NCBI RefSeq assembly: GCF_009914755.1
Contig: NC_060930.1
Origin: the human T2T-CHM13v2.0 reference genome, Homo sapiens
DNA: 64,000 nucleotides
Direction: 5' to 3' (one strand)
Part shown: one piece after another, positions 41,721 to 55,352 of the stretch
How positions within the stretch are numbered: position 1 is the first letter of the stretch
Layout: every line of letters begins with the position of its first letter
Program-made: the position numbers and the translations under genes
Notes under the pieces: model-generated
The model's database searches: none
Told to the model about the DNA's origin: nothing
What the model saw: the letters and a program-made list of their open reading frames with translations, nothing else

Positions 41721-42195
41721 GTCCAAGCAGACTAATATAAGGAGTGAATTCCTTCACGTGCTAAACGATTGGCTCGAGTTAACTTCTTCAAAATTCATAT
41801 AAATTGTACTCCATCTCATCTATAAAAATAAGATACTTTTTTATCTCAGATGGGCTGGCCAGTTATTTTATTAGACCTTGTTTAGAAATACATGCTACCT
41901 TTTCCCTCAGTAGCCTAAAGTGCAGGGCTGGGGTTTCTCAAATTAATCCTTTGTGTGAAGAATGACTTAAGTTTAGACAGTTAGGTATGTTAATCACTGA
42001 TGTTCCCGGTTTCATCTTATTGATGAAAGTGTCAGAATAGCTTGAGAATGTTTTCAGCAGTATCAAATCATCATTAACTACTAATACAACAAGTAGAAGT
42101 CATCTACGTAGGCAGATTTAGACACTCAATATTTTAATGTTATATTTCTATTTTACACACACACTCACACATGCACACACACATATGCACACACA

Positions 42196-42523
42196 CAGTC
42201 AGCCATCCGTCTCTGTAGGTTCCCCATTTGTAGATTCAACCAAATATGGACTGAAAATATTAATAAAAAATTGTGTCTATACTGAAAATGTATAGGTTTT
42301 TTTTCTTATCATCATTCCCTAAACAATACAGCATAACATCTATTTACATAGCATTTACATCACATTAGGTATTATAAGTATTCTAAAAAATGGTATAAAG
42401 TATATGGGAGGATGTGCGTAGGTTATATGCAAATACTATGCCATTTTATATCAGACACTTGAGCATCTGTGGAGTTTGGTATCCTTGGGAGATCCTGAAT
42501 CCATGGATACCCAGAGATGACTC
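42196..42523. mobile_element. Tigger3a (MER7A) DNA transposon
   Basis: cagtcagcc..gattcaacc..attccctaaacaatacag..ggaggatgtgcgtaggttatatgcaaatact..gatgact. Confidence 0.92.
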
Positions 42524-43480
42524 TCTCTCTCTCCAAAGTAGAAATATGAATGTAAATTAGAAATATATATATTAGAAATATATATGTATATTTCTAAGTA
42601 TGTCTCTAAATACTGCTGCTAAAATCATAACAAGAGGAAAGGATCTCATGAGATGTGATTCCAAATCATATCAAACAGGCATCTTAATGCTACTCTTTTA
42701 AAATATTTATTAAAACAACTTGATAAACAACTCAGAGACCTGGTTCTGTTTACTGTAAGCTATATAACCGTCACTTTGAAGCACAAAACAGATACAATTC
42801 ATGTAATGTTTTAGAGTCAAGCTGGAACTGTGGTTTTAGAATTTCCACCATATTTTGATGGTATATGAATAAAAGGAAATTGGAGCTGTAAAGGATATTG
42901 AACTGCATAGTTATCCCAAAGAGATTCCTTAAGATTGGCATTCTCCCTTAGGCAGAGGGCATACTTTATTTTTAATGTTAGCTTGTGTTAGTCAACAGAT
43001 AACTTACTTAGGTATTTAGAGATGTATTTTGCAGGTAAAATATTTTCGTTGACTCAGTGGCTTGTTTCATACTCAGACTATGAGGTAATAAGCAAAGACC
43101 CACTGATACTTCTTCACTTTATTGAAGGGAGGAGACAGTTGGATTAAAACCTTTTCGGGCTCAGGTTCTATCGTTCTACACTGTATGATGTAGAAAGGTA
43201 AGATCACAATGAATCAATAGTAAAGAAATATGAGAAAATTAAAAAAAATATATATATATGTATATATTCTGCATAAAAGCACATGCCCTTTGGCCTGATG
43301 TGGATGATGGTCATGTTGTACTTGTAATTAGGGAGAAAAGCAGATTATAAAACACTGTGCATATTATGACCTTATTTCAGTTAAAACATAGTAGTACATA
43401 TAATTGTGTAAAAATATATTGAATTATTAACTCAAGGGAGATCTATAATTTCACTTTGCCTATACCTGACTAAGGATTGC

Positions 43481-43488
43481 GTGTTTGT

Positions 43489-43531
<43 letters not shown>
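43481..43531. repeat. (TG)n microsatellite
   Basis: Directly visible. Confidence 0.95.
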
Positions 43532-43532
<1 letters not shown>

Positions 43533-44323
43533 TGGATTTATATGGAAATCTGTATACCAAAATAAGTTCGCTTGGAGTGGCAGGATTTTAGGTGATTCGT
43601 GTGTATACATTGTTTTATTTCTCAAACTTTGAACAGTGAGCAAGTATTGCTTTTCTAATATGATAAAATTATTTTTTAAAAAGTAAGCCATCTATGTTTT
43701 GTCTCTTAAACTTCCACTATAGTTAATTTGTCTCTATTTTCATTTTTATCAAGGATTATCTTTCTCTATATAGTTAGATTACCAAAAGCAAAATGGCTAG
43801 ACTCCATTTTATCAGACTTTTACAAAAATACCTTCATTGAGTTACGATAAAATGGTGTGCCCTCTGTTGATGTGAGAATTGTCCTCTTGCCCATTATATT
43901 TATGCCTTTGGTAAAAAAAAATGTAATTTTTGATTTTATCCATTGTATGAATGTGTATTTATACAAGGATTCTTACCATAAATTCCTACATGAGAATAGT
44001 TGCAAAAGCAGATTTCTACAGATGAAAGTTTTATTCTTTTTGTTATTAGGGTAATAAAAACAATGTAATGCAACAGGTTTCTCTTTTACCTTATCTACTA
44101 ATAAACTTAGTGTTGAATCAATTGTCCAAGAAATGTAATATTCTCCAATTTAATTACTGAAAGTTCTGCTACTTTTGGGTATATTCAACTTATTTGAAAT
44201 ACAAATGTTATGTTGTATTGTGTTTAAATATGTGAGTTATTTTATACACTTTCAGACATAGTTGTGAAAAGCTTATAAAATTGCTAATTAAGGAAAATGA
44301 TGTGCAGAACCACTACCTATACA

Positions 44324-44500
44324 CTTCATTCATTCTTTTATTTATTCATGTGTCAGAATATCATTATACAGGAATGCATCAATAAGCAAAACAGAAAAAG
44401 ATTTTTACCCTCATGGAGACAAAAAGGGAGCTCAGATAATAAGCATGCTGAATAAATAAATTACATATTATGTTAGAATATGAAATATGTTATGAAAAAG
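44324..44500 (-). mobile_element. L2 3'-end fragment
   Basis: ttcattcattc..aagcaaaacagaaaaa..ccctcatggag..agataataagca. Confidence 0.65.
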
Positions 44501-44654
44501 AAAAGTATGGTATGAGGTATTAACATTATTAAAAATGCTTTATGCCACAATAGTAATAGGTAAAATACCCTTAGTTTCAAGAATCTCAGTTAACATTGCA
44601 TATGCTTTTACTGGAATATTGTTTAAAATGTGTTAATTTGTCATTTTGGAACAT

Positions 44655-45190
44655 GGTATTATTAAGCAACTATCTGCCAAGCAATGTACTAGTTGTTGGA
44701 GAAATTTTGGTAATATGATGGATGTGGTCTCTGCTCTCATGGAATTCTAATGTGTGGTGAAGGCAGATCTAGCTGTAGGACATTATGAGAAGGAAGATGG
44801 GATGGGAAAGTGCAAGTTGTATGCACGCGTGGAGGTAGGGCCGTTGACCTTGTTTGTGGGAACAGGAAAGGCTTCCCTTGATGAAACAATTATAAGATGA
44901 AAGTTGGAGTGTTTGCTGGCCAGGAAAATAGTGGAGATCTCATCCCTGGAAGATGGAATCTGTATCTAAACCCACAGAGGTGAAAGAGAGTAGGACAGAC
45001 AATCAGAGAAACAAGAGGCTGTCATTGTGGCTGGAGCAGGGAGTCTGGGGGCAGAGGGGGTGAGGGCGGAAGGACGACTTCCCAGGAGAGAGCTAGGCAG
45101 GTGCCAGGCTAGGAAGGAGCTTTAATTTACACTGAAGGGTTTGAGTTTATGCTAAAGACAATGGAAAATGAATGAAGGATTTAGAGCATA
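44655..45190 (-). mobile_element. L2 3' region
   Basis: attaagcaacta..tggtctctgctctcatggaa..ggaaaggcttcc..gtggctggagcag..gaaggatttagagca. Confidence 0.8.
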
Positions 45191-45399
45191 AAGCCTTTTG
45201 GAACAACTGATGGACACTCACTTGATACAATTCCATCTTTCTCAGCACTGTCCCTTTCCAATCAGCTCTGTGGACTAGTTCTCTCTCTGTCATTAGAGGC
45301 AATCTCAGCCAGTTTCCATAAATTCTCCACTCACTCTTAAATACTAAAAAGATGGGGTCTTTTAGTAATATTGAACTTCTTTTTCGAGTCTATACTTCC

Positions 45400-45935
45400 C
45401 TCTGATTAGCACTTTTCATGCTATGTTCCTGGTCAAACCTCTTATCAGAAATGATTATGCTCTTTTTCAATTCTTCAGCTCCTTCTTAGAATTCTACCTG
45501 ATGAAATCTGACATCTGCACCCACTTTCACACTGAAACTTCCCATTCCATGGTCATCCATGACATGACTCTTTAAACTTGGCTGGCTGGTATTCAGTATT
45601 TATGTGACTGATCAGTAAGTTGTGATGTTTTCACCAATGCCTCCTTATTGAAATAATCTCTTCACTTGGCTTCCATGACACCACATTTTCCTAGTATTTT
45701 TCCATTGCATTTTAGGCCATTTCTTGTGAGTTTTATTTGCAAATTAGTATTCCCTTCTATTAAACATCAGTTAAATTATTGGTGTTACTCGGGGCTATTT
45801 CCTGGGCCCATGTCCTTCTCACTCCTCACATTCTCCCTGAGCAAATGCATCCACTTCCCTAGCTTCACTTACTGACTATATGCCAATAACCCCAACATCT
45901 GTATCTCAGCAAAGCATTGTCTCTTCAGTTCCAGA
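45400..45935 (+). mobile_element. L2 reverse-transcriptase region
   Basis: cactgaaact.., cttcacttggcttccatgacaccaca, and tatgccaataac (decayed YADD codons). Confidence 0.85.
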
Positions 45936-46199
45936 ATGTTTGAAATAGCTATAACGGAGAATTGGAAAGAGTGCCAACCAGAGAAATATAGCATCGTATC
46001 TGGACAGTGTTGATATTGGTGACTGTTACTTAATGTTGGCAACAATCTGGCTAGTCTAATAGACACTGAATTTTCTGTATTTTTTCCAGGTGGGTGGACA
46101 GAAAGACAATAGGAAAAGGAAATTGATGACATGGTCAACAACATTTGCAGGGTGGTGGGACTAACCTGCATAGGAAAATAAAACCGATAGGAAATTGAT

Positions 46200-46552
46200 T
46201 AAAAAATAGAGAGTAAAGATTGGCATGTGGTTTGGAGATCCTAAAGAACAGTTTATTTGTAGTAATGTATAAGAATGCTGGAAGGTTACAACGTTGTGGT
46301 GGCAGAGTGAGATGTCTGAATTTATTTCAGAAGTAGAGGAGTCAGAGTCTCTAATACTGGCATAAAGTGGATGGCTGCATATGAGTGCAAGAGAATGTCT
46401 CTGGAGATAGAGACGACAAGGAACCAAGAAGCCACATTATTGAATGAGCCATCATGTGCATATTGCATCCTATTTGTAGGATAATACTGGATCCTGGGCT
46501 GGAGACAGACTTGAGAGGATGAAGAATGACCCAGAGGTCTGGAGATGACATG
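46200..46552 (-). mobile_element. L2 endonuclease region (decayed)
   Basis: Reverse complement of 46524-46549 reads VISRPLGH (cf. VIYRPPGH), followed by SIILQIGCNMH (cf. IILGDFNIH). Confidence 0.6.
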
Positions 46553-47159
46553 GATGAATTTGTGGCATTACTGATACATAGCAGCAAATGTGTTGTGTTA
46601 GGCAATATACAGCCAAGAGATTTTTCAATTTACACATATTCCATCTTTTTTCTCTATTTTGTTGTGGTTGGTAAGAGGATAAAGTCAGAGGAGTGTGATA
46701 TTTTTCTGACCATCTTAAAATTGTTGTCATATAATTAAGTACTGCAATTTCAAGGGTCTTTGCACAATGCACAAGAAAGTGTAAATAGCTTACTGGAACC
46801 TCATTAGAATCAGTATTTTAAAAATATTGACAGTATAATATCATTCACCTGTGTTTATGCCTTCCCAGACTTGTGAAGTGATGATTAAATGTTTTCTGTT
46901 TCACACCTAAACCATGAGGGTTAAAAAGCTATGATGTTGAGGAAGAGAAAAACTTTTAGAATGTGCTGTAATAAGCCACTGAGATTTTTTTTTTTCAGAA
47001 ATTTATTTAACAATGCTGCCTCAAAATATATGGGTAATTTTCGACTTTTTTTTTTTTTTCTGGACAGAGAGTGAGGTAAGAACCTCTATTTTGAGCACTG
47101 GCAAAGGAGAAATCCAAGGTCGGTGTGGTTTTCTTATTGATAATGTGTTCCTGGGCACA

Positions 47160-47174
47160 TTGGCAAAGAGCCAA
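47160..47174. promoter_or_regulatory. Perfect NFI palindromic site TTGGC-N5-GCCAA
   Basis: ttggcaaagagccaa; motif only, binding not shown. Confidence 0.4.
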
Positions 47175-49144
47175 GCTCATCTTGCATTCTGGCCATTTGA
47201 GTCTTCTGTTCGTGAGGGAGGGAGCAGTGTGCCCAGGAATCAGGGCAGTGTTTCCAGCTGGTGGTAATAGCGGGGATCACGTTACAATTTTAGGAAAATC
47301 TGATACACTGAGGGAACCACATTCCTGACAGCAAGTACTGTACTTTCAGTAGAGTACAGTGAGGTGTTAGGATGTCTCATTTTCCCGGTAAAGGTTTTAT
47401 GTAAACTGAAATGTCTTTCTGTGTATCTATTCACCTAACACTGCCAAGAGAGAAAAGAGGATTGAAACATAAATCTCATCTTATTACCACACCTAAATTG
47501 TTCCCTCTGATTCTGTCTTGATGCCTGACTCTTGCCTTGTTCCCCTGGCATAATAAATTTCTTAACCTAGATTCTCGATAAAATCCTCCATAATTTACTT
47601 TTATCTTAGAAGTTGTCATAAAAATTCACTGACAACGCACAGCCCAAGGTGGTGTGGAATGAGCTACGTTGATCTGTTTGTATAGATAGAGATACACAAC
47701 TGCTCTCAGATGGAAACATAGTGACTTTCCTCTTTGTTCCCATAAAAGAATATCTACCAATTCCAGAGAGGTTTCAGAGTGGGAAAATACGTGAAAGTCT
47801 TTTTACATATAGGAGTTGGGAAATTGAACTGGATGAAAATTTACTTATCTGTGAGTATGGTTGTTTATTTCATTTTGTGCACGTCTGATATTAATATTTA
47901 AACAACTAAGGAAATCATGTAGAAATGAGATCTTCACATATAAATCTGCTAAGATGGCACAGTTAGAATACTATTTTTAGAATAATAAGCCTAGTGGTTA
48001 AAGTGTCATGCACTGAAGATTAAGTACAGGAGGAAATTAATCGGGAGACAAGCACAGGGTTATGCGGAAGAAATCTCAGCCTCTCATTAGTGGAGTCAAT
48101 CAAGAATTTTCAAGGCACAGTTTTTATCCCTGGAATAATCTTGGGGTCCCTATCTTAAACTTCAGGGAATTCTTCCACATTTGTTATATTTATATCCTTT
48201 CTTAATTAAAGTTCTCAAGTGTTGAAGGGTACAAAATTAGAAAGCATCTTTGAGGTACTCAGCACCTATGGGATGTTTCTATATTTCAACTGAGCCTTTG
48301 TGCTTTCATTTTCAGGCACCCCTCGACTGAGAATATGTCAAATGAGATGTATCAGTAACTGTTGTTGACTTTACTAAGTACCTTGAAATGAGAAAAAAAA
48401 CAAAGTAGAAGAAGAAGAAAGAAAACAAAAGAAACAAACAAACAAAAAACAAACAGCAACCAGACTAACAATTGTTTTTTCCTAGGGTATGTTAAGACAG
48501 GAAAGTTTGAGGAAGAACTAAGGCAGGGGTAGCTGATGGATTCGGGTAGAGAAAAATATTTTCTATTTATTTTATTGCAGAGTCTGAGGTAATATTTTTC
48601 TCCCTGACTCCCTTACTTTCAAAATGAAGTACCCAGCAAATACGTGGGGGGTTTCATTTGGAGTTCAAAGCTGATTCAACATTTTGGCCCTGAGAAAGAA
48701 GTGGGTAATTGTGGAGAAACTGCTGAATAAATCTGCTTAAGCCCCAGTGCTCTGTTTACATGGATGGATCTTTTCCGAACAAGTGCTTTCTTCTAGAAGT
48801 CATTGATGGAGCCCACAGTGTGAAAACTGAAAAATGAGGCAAAGAAATACATGTATCTTGCTTCAAGTCGGGCAGCAGGACAGAATGAGAGCAGTGAGGA
48901 TGGAGAGGTGGCTGCCATGGATAGCAGGGGCCATTGTAGGGTTCGCCAGAGATCTCAGGGATGCCTGCTGTCTCCTGCCTTCGGCTCCCAGGGGAGTTGG
49001 TCATGGTTCTCCTCCAGCTAACCCATCCCATGAAGCAGAAAACCATTTATTTTTCTGTTGCCAAAGAAGAAAACAAAGTGAGAAGAAAGAGCTAGTTAGG
49101 GGAATATCTGCAGGAAACGTAACATCTTCCCCCAACTTAGTACA

Positions 49145-49765
49145 GCCTTGGATCAGACTTTCCTGATCTCCATTGTCACCTCCTTACCTTATACCACATT
49201 AAGTTTCCTAACTGGTTTCCCTGTTTCTGGTCCCGCCACTTTAAGTATATTCTTCATCCCCCAGCCAGAGACCCAGTTAAACCATTTTATTTCCTGAGGT
49301 AAAATCTTACAATAGTCCTTTTTGCCTGCAGGAAGGAGGAATCTTCTCAGAGAAGCTCCCAACTTGTCCCCCTGTTGATGGCTCCTCAACCTTGTTTCTC
49401 ACTACACTTTCCCAACTTCCTGCTCCGTCACACGTCACACGAACACTGCAAAAGCCTGTGCATCTGTTCTCCATAGAATTCCCTTCCCTTCTCACTAATA
49501 ACTGCTCTGTTTCCTTCAAACCACAAGGGCTAGCTGCTTCCTCCAGGAAGTCTTTCTTAATCCCTTTACTGCTTCTCCCAGTAGGAGCCCAATGCCCGTC
49601 ACCTGTGCTTCCCCAGGAGCTTGTCTGCTACAGATTACTATGGAAGAACTGGTTTCCCCACTGTATGGTGAAACCTGGAGGGCAGGCAGGCACTTTGTCT
49701 TTTTTTTTGTCTGAATACTTGCTTTATCTGGCACAGAGCAGGAACCCTGTGAGATAGTCAATGAA
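49145..49765 (+). mobile_element. L2 3' region
   Basis: ttcctaactggtttccctg..cagccagag..cctccaggaagtcttt..tggcacagagcagg. Confidence 0.75.
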
Positions 49766-51525
49766 AATAGACTCACAGAGGCATGCTTTTGGTTTATGGC
49801 TGTAGCTGTTATTTTCCAAGCCTAGCATTATTTGCAATTCTTCCTTTTAGGCAGACACTCTTGATTCCCTTACTGAAAATTAATAGCTACTATTCCTAAT
49901 GCCTTCAGGCAAAGTTTTCTCTGTACTATAATTTCTCAACATTTCATAACCAATTCCCCATTATTTGAAACTTCATAGCAATGTGTCTTTAGGTTTTCTT
50001 CTGTCTATAGTAAGACAGCTATAATATACTGTCAGGAAAATTATCTGGAACGTAGAAATAAGCAAAAGAGAATACTGGGTGTTCTTTCAGAACAGAATTG
50101 AACTTGATTTTTAAAAAAATTATTGGGTTATTTTAAAATCATATATTGGCAGAGGTTAACTTGTAGATTTTTGTCATGTAGAACCGATAACCCTAAACGT
50201 TTTGGTTTATGGCTCTGTTAGACACTAACCAATTTCATATCTAGCTCAGAAATCTATTAAATTGTCTATGTGTACCTAGCTTCTTCAATGATCTTTGGAC
50301 CAGTTTTATCATCTTGCTGGCTACCTCATTAATTAATGAGTTATATTCAACTCTTGACATGCATTCATTTTATGTTTGTCTGAAAGTTGTGATTATACCC
50401 CTTTGACAATTATTCCTTAACAATAAACAGTAGAAAAATACTAGTCTTTTGGGGAATCAAAAATTTAATTCTGAATCTACTCTTACTGGTTTTATTTTCT
50501 TCTCAGCCACACGAAAGAGCATTAGTTCTTTATCTGCAAAATGAGGATGCTTGGCATTGGACAAGAATTAAATATCACATAAAATAAACTTGCAAACTCT
50601 AAAATGAAACAAAAATAGTACATTGTTATTTTCTATGGAGTTGCTATTTAAGTATCTTGTAGACTTTTTGTGTATTTTTGACCCAGTGAGACTTACAGCG
50701 ACAATCTCAAGAAATCAAACACAATTAGAAGAATAATTGAACACATTACTTTTTAAATCATCTGCTCAATTTTCTTAATTTTAACTTGTACAGATACAAG
50801 GGGACCAATGTCTATTTTTATGGGTATAGAAATATAGGAGTTATTTAAATAAACTAATCAGTGCAAATAAACTTTTCCTGGCTATTTGTTTTAAGCATAA
50901 AATATCTGTGAGGTGGGGCTTGATGTTTATTTAGCAGAAGACTCTCTAAGAGCCTCATTTCTTAGTAAGAATCAACTTAGTCCTTAGGACAACAGCTTCC
51001 ACCTCTACAGTAAGCCCTGGCGGCAACCTGGGAAGTGGAGATGTGGTTTTGTGTGTGTGTTTTAAAATGGATATGGCCAGATTTTGTCCGAAGAAAAGAT
51101 TCTTAGTCTATATTAAACATTTGAAAAATAGTGACCTAGAGGATTTACATTTGGGTAAAGGAAGATTGACGGTAAACTCATTCATGACCATTGTGAAATA
51201 TGAGGCGGGATGACAGAAATATTATTTGGGGCGTAGACATTTTGTTTCTGTCTTTAAAAAAAATCTTAAATATGGATTATAAACTGAATAATTAAGGAAA
51301 TAGACTTAAAGCATGTTCTGATATGAGATAAAATTCAGCAAGAAGTACAGTTTTAAAGATTTTAAAACAGCAAAAATATTATTTAAAATGTGATTGTGTT
51401 AGTTTAAAAAATACATTACTATGAATCTCAAAAATGTCTAATTTGTACAATACATTCTTTTTTCAGTCTATTTTCTCTCACACTAAATATTTACCTTACA
51501 ATGTTAAGTGGCTTAAATGAGTGTC

Positions 51526-51575
51526 CCTCTCTCTCTTTGTCTCTCCCTCCCCTCTCTTTCCCTCCCTCTCTCTCC
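51526..51575. repeat. CT-rich simple repeat
   Basis: Directly visible. Confidence 0.75.
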
Positions 51576-51811
51576 TACTTAGCACATAGTAGGAGATCAA
51601 TAAATTAGTCACTCATATTGTTCTGACTCCTCCATGAATGTGAAAAACCTTAAGAGTCCTCTAGCATTAAGAGAGAGGAAAATATGATATTTTAGTCTAC
51701 CAGCATACTGAATTTGAGGCAATTTAGGTCTATCACAAATAAGTGCTTGGCTGAAGTTGTTATATCAGCTAACTAACTCTCTTAGGATTTTCCTTGAAAG
51801 ATAAAATAGCT

Positions 51812-52090
51812 AAATAATAAACATTTATAAAGCACCGCTGGTATGCCAGGAATTCTGCTAGGTGTCAATTCAACTAAGAGGAACATATTATATAAGCTTT
51901 GAAGGGTCTTTTAGAAACAGAGACACATAAACTCAAACCTCCACACTATACGGTGGTAGGTACTGTATGCAACAGAGGAATGTAGCTGCCTCCTGGGAGC
52001 ACAGAGGAACAATTCATTCCACCTGGGGGTGGGATGGATGGCAATTTTAGTGTCATAGGTAGGCTGATGGAGAATAGCCTTTGAATTCTG
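51812..52090 (-). mobile_element. L2 3' region
   Basis: aataaacatttataaagcacc..tatgccagg..tgctaggtg..tgggagcacagagga. Confidence 0.7.
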
Positions 52091-54329
52091 CTTTCATTCA
52101 TTTCTTGGGAAATTGTTTGTTGCACCCATTACTGTGTGCAGAACACTATGACTTTCTGCTCCACTGATTGTTTATTGAATGTTTAAGAGGGCCCTCAGTG
52201 GGGAGGAGAACTTGGTGAAATGTTAGACTCTTGAAGTCACACAGGATAAGGTTTTGATCTATTATTTAGGAATATGGAATACATTTTGGGGGAAAATTTT
52301 GCCCTTGGAGACTAGAGAACATGGTGACACACAGGCTAAGGCCAAAAATCCCCCAGAGCCCTGTGAAGGGGGTTTTAAAGTGCTGCTAATTACCTCTGAT
52401 TAAGAGCATTTGCTACTCCTGTTACACTCCCTAAAGCCTGAAAAATGGAAGCTCTTCTTTCAGCGAGAAAAGGGCTGATAGATTTGATTTTTCTCCTCTA
52501 TGTTAGTACTCTAAAGTCATAGGCATCAGATCATCTATTTGAAATCCAATTAGTGAATATTTAGGGCTCTGATCTTCCCCTAGTAATCCTAAAAACATGA
52601 CTGTTCTATATAGCAAGGATTTAACATGGATTTTGTAGCTGGTGACAGTGCCGGAAATATCAGATTATCTGTGACAACAACAGAAGCTTTCCTCTTTCTC
52701 AGCTGGGATCTGCCACAACTGAAACTACCTGCTGTCCATATTTGACTTTCTAGAAGCTCTATATTAGGGTCTGCAGTGGGATGATTCCAAACCAATAAGC
52801 TAATACCCCGGTGTTGTGTCTTGAGGCTTTCTGGTTGATTTATATCAAAGGTGTGACTGGAAGCCTCCCACCTAAGACAGTTTTTTACTTTGCCTGCTAA
52901 GTGTTTTCAGTCTTGCAGGAGTGCCTGAAATATACCTGATAATCCTTTATTTCACTGGGTAAAAAATGAATAAATAACCAAGGAAGTCACATCACTAAAA
53001 CATTGCTTTAATTTTATAAGTAATTTTCAAGTTTCTATAGAGTATTTACTCTCCAAATGTGAAAAGGAAATACAGATAATTTAGAAACCCCTTTAAACCC
53101 AAATTAGAGAGGATATTTTTAGCAGTTAAAAGGAAGTCATCCTGCGATTCAAGTAATCAGGATGACTGGCAGGATAAACAGGAATGCCTTCTATCGATAA
53201 CAGAGGTTGTATTTTCTTTACCCAAGTTATGTGCTTTAAAAATTGTCAGTTAAATTTTCTGAGGTCATACAATATTCTGATTTAAAATATTGTGGGACAT
53301 TTCATGGATACTCCCACTGATGGATAGAGATGAGTGTATAAATAAAAGCACTGTGAAAGCAAGAAGGAGATTGTCAACTGAAACACGTAGGAGCCAGCTT
53401 CATTACTTTAGAGATTCATAACACAGAACAGTGTCCAAGAGCCTCTGTGAAAAAGGAGACAAATGTATTTTATGTTTCTGACACCTATCTATTGAAATGA
53501 CACACCAACAAAATTCACCTGGCTATTTTCATTCTTAAAAATAGAATTCCCAAATGGATTTGACGATATGTGTCCTTAAAGACAAGGTCGAAACCATTCA
53601 CTTTTATTTCTAGTTATGAATTAGTATACCAGTATTTTCAATCAATTAATACTAGAATGATTTGATTCTGACATGCAAGCTGAGTAAAAAAATGAGTAAG
53701 GCAAAAGTCTCCATAGAGTTATATTTTTGCTATCTTATAAAGTCTAAGGGGACAGAGAACTTATAACTCTGCTTTTAAGATAGGAAACAATGCTGATAAC
53801 AAGAGAAGACTGAAAATAAATGAGAACTTGCTAATGCAATAAAAGGGGGAAAGATACTAAGACACTCCTCTAACAAAGCAATGGAAAAATATTCCAAAGG
53901 AGATAAATGAAGAACGTGAATAGGAAAAGATTTGTGCCTCTCTCATGAGTGGGTCTCTTTTGTTTGCAAATCATATTGCTTAAGAGAGGCTGGGAATGAA
54001 AGCTCCACCTTACTTTTGAGGCTAAAAAGACTTTTTAATATTATGAACACATATTATGTAGAGCTTAGAAGGGTGGTAAAGGGAGAAAAAAAGCTGATTT
54101 CAATAAAAGGAAATGCTGAAAGAAGACATTTTTGTATAAATTATATGCATTGTATAAATTACAGAAAAAGGGCATAAATTAGAGAAAATTTTCTGTCCAC
54201 AATTTCTGTGGTGTCCACCCTGAAGCCTGAATAAACCCATCCTTGGGAGAAGGTGGGGTGAAGTGGCACAGGGGATCAAGTAGTGGTTGAGGCACCCAGC
54301 ACCCCTATATGTGGATTCGGGTGTCCAAC

Positions 54330-54540
54330 AGATCAGACCTCCCGTCTCCACACTGAGGCTGGACAGCTGTGGGACTTCCGCTGGGCTGCTTCACATCTTA
54401 AGCCACATTGCCTACACCTGAGAAATGAACTCACAGTTCTTACCCCACAAGGCTTTTTGAAGATGAAATAATATAATGCTTGTAATGGCCTTACCACAGT
54501 GCCTAGTAAGCTCTCAATAAGTGGTAGATGTTATTACCAT
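54330..54540 (+). mobile_element. MIR
   Basis: gaagatgaaataatataatgcttgtaa..acagtgcct..agtaagctctcaataagtggtag. Confidence 0.75.
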
Positions 54541-54917
54541 TGTATTTACTACCGTCCTGATCACAGAAAGGAAAGGGCCTACTCAATGAAATCTGACTCT
54601 TGTTATTGCCTTAGTTGCAAGTTTGACGTCAAGTCTCTGTAAATATTTGCTCCCCAGAAGATCTCTGGGATTCCACGGTTTGATTTGGTATCTGTGGTGG
54701 CTGTGGATACATGAGATGGCAGGAAGAAGAGCTTGTGGGGGACTGAAAAGTTCTTTGCTAACCCAGGGTTCTTATAAAGCCTTTGGTTATGACCAGTTTG
54801 TTTGACAAGAAGGCTTTTCACTTCTTCCTGACAAAGTGTATCTTTTCCCCACCTTTCCTCAGCTTTCTACGCTGATTTAGCTGTTTCGTTGGAAAGACAG
54901 AGGCCTGTCTCAATAAA

Positions 54918-55115
54918 GACCAAGACCTGCCTGAGTCAGGATCTGACACTTCCTAGATGGGTTATCTTTAGCCAGTTACCACTTCTTTTAGAGCATCAGT
55001 TTCTCACATGTAACATGGGAATATTAACTTCTATTTGCCCAGGTTGTTTGAAGACAAAATGCTATAATGTATGTAACGCGTGTGGCACAGAGGGAGTGCT
55101 CAACAAACGCCAGCT
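54918..55115 (+). mobile_element. MIR
   Basis: cacttcctag..cagtttctcacatgtaacatgggaata..tggcacagagggagtgctcaacaaa. Confidence 0.8.
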
Positions 55116-55292
55116 CCCTCTCTGTCCTTCTCCATGAAGAAACAAATTCCCCACAAATACAGGCCCCAGAAAATTCTCAAGAGATTAGTGTCATTGTACA
55201 GGCTGTCCACACAGTGGCTTAGGAGGGAAAACCTTTCAGCTGCAGGTCATTGTTCTTTTTCTTCAAAAATTCATAATAGTTGTTGGGCTTAC

Positions 55293-55352
55293 CGGTAAAT
55301 ACCTTTTCTGATAACGAGACTCTGGTCGTAAGGATAAAGGGTGCTTAAAACG
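55293..55352 (-). CDS. Candidate 60-nt internal exon of an unidentified gene (RFKHPLSLRPESRYQKRYLP or VLSTLYPYDQSLVIRKGIY)
   Basis: Minus strand tttgctattatttcttcag|CGTTTT..TTACCG|gtaagc; 60 nt, two open frames, 4 CpGs in a CpG-poor background, no repeat recognised. Confidence 0.35.

Noticed and set aside
47068-48588. Two 8-nt plus-strand microexon-like patterns (47068-47075 and 48581-48588)
   Set aside because: Not frame-preserving; they show that such patterns occur by chance, which is why the 9-nt candidate has modest confidence.
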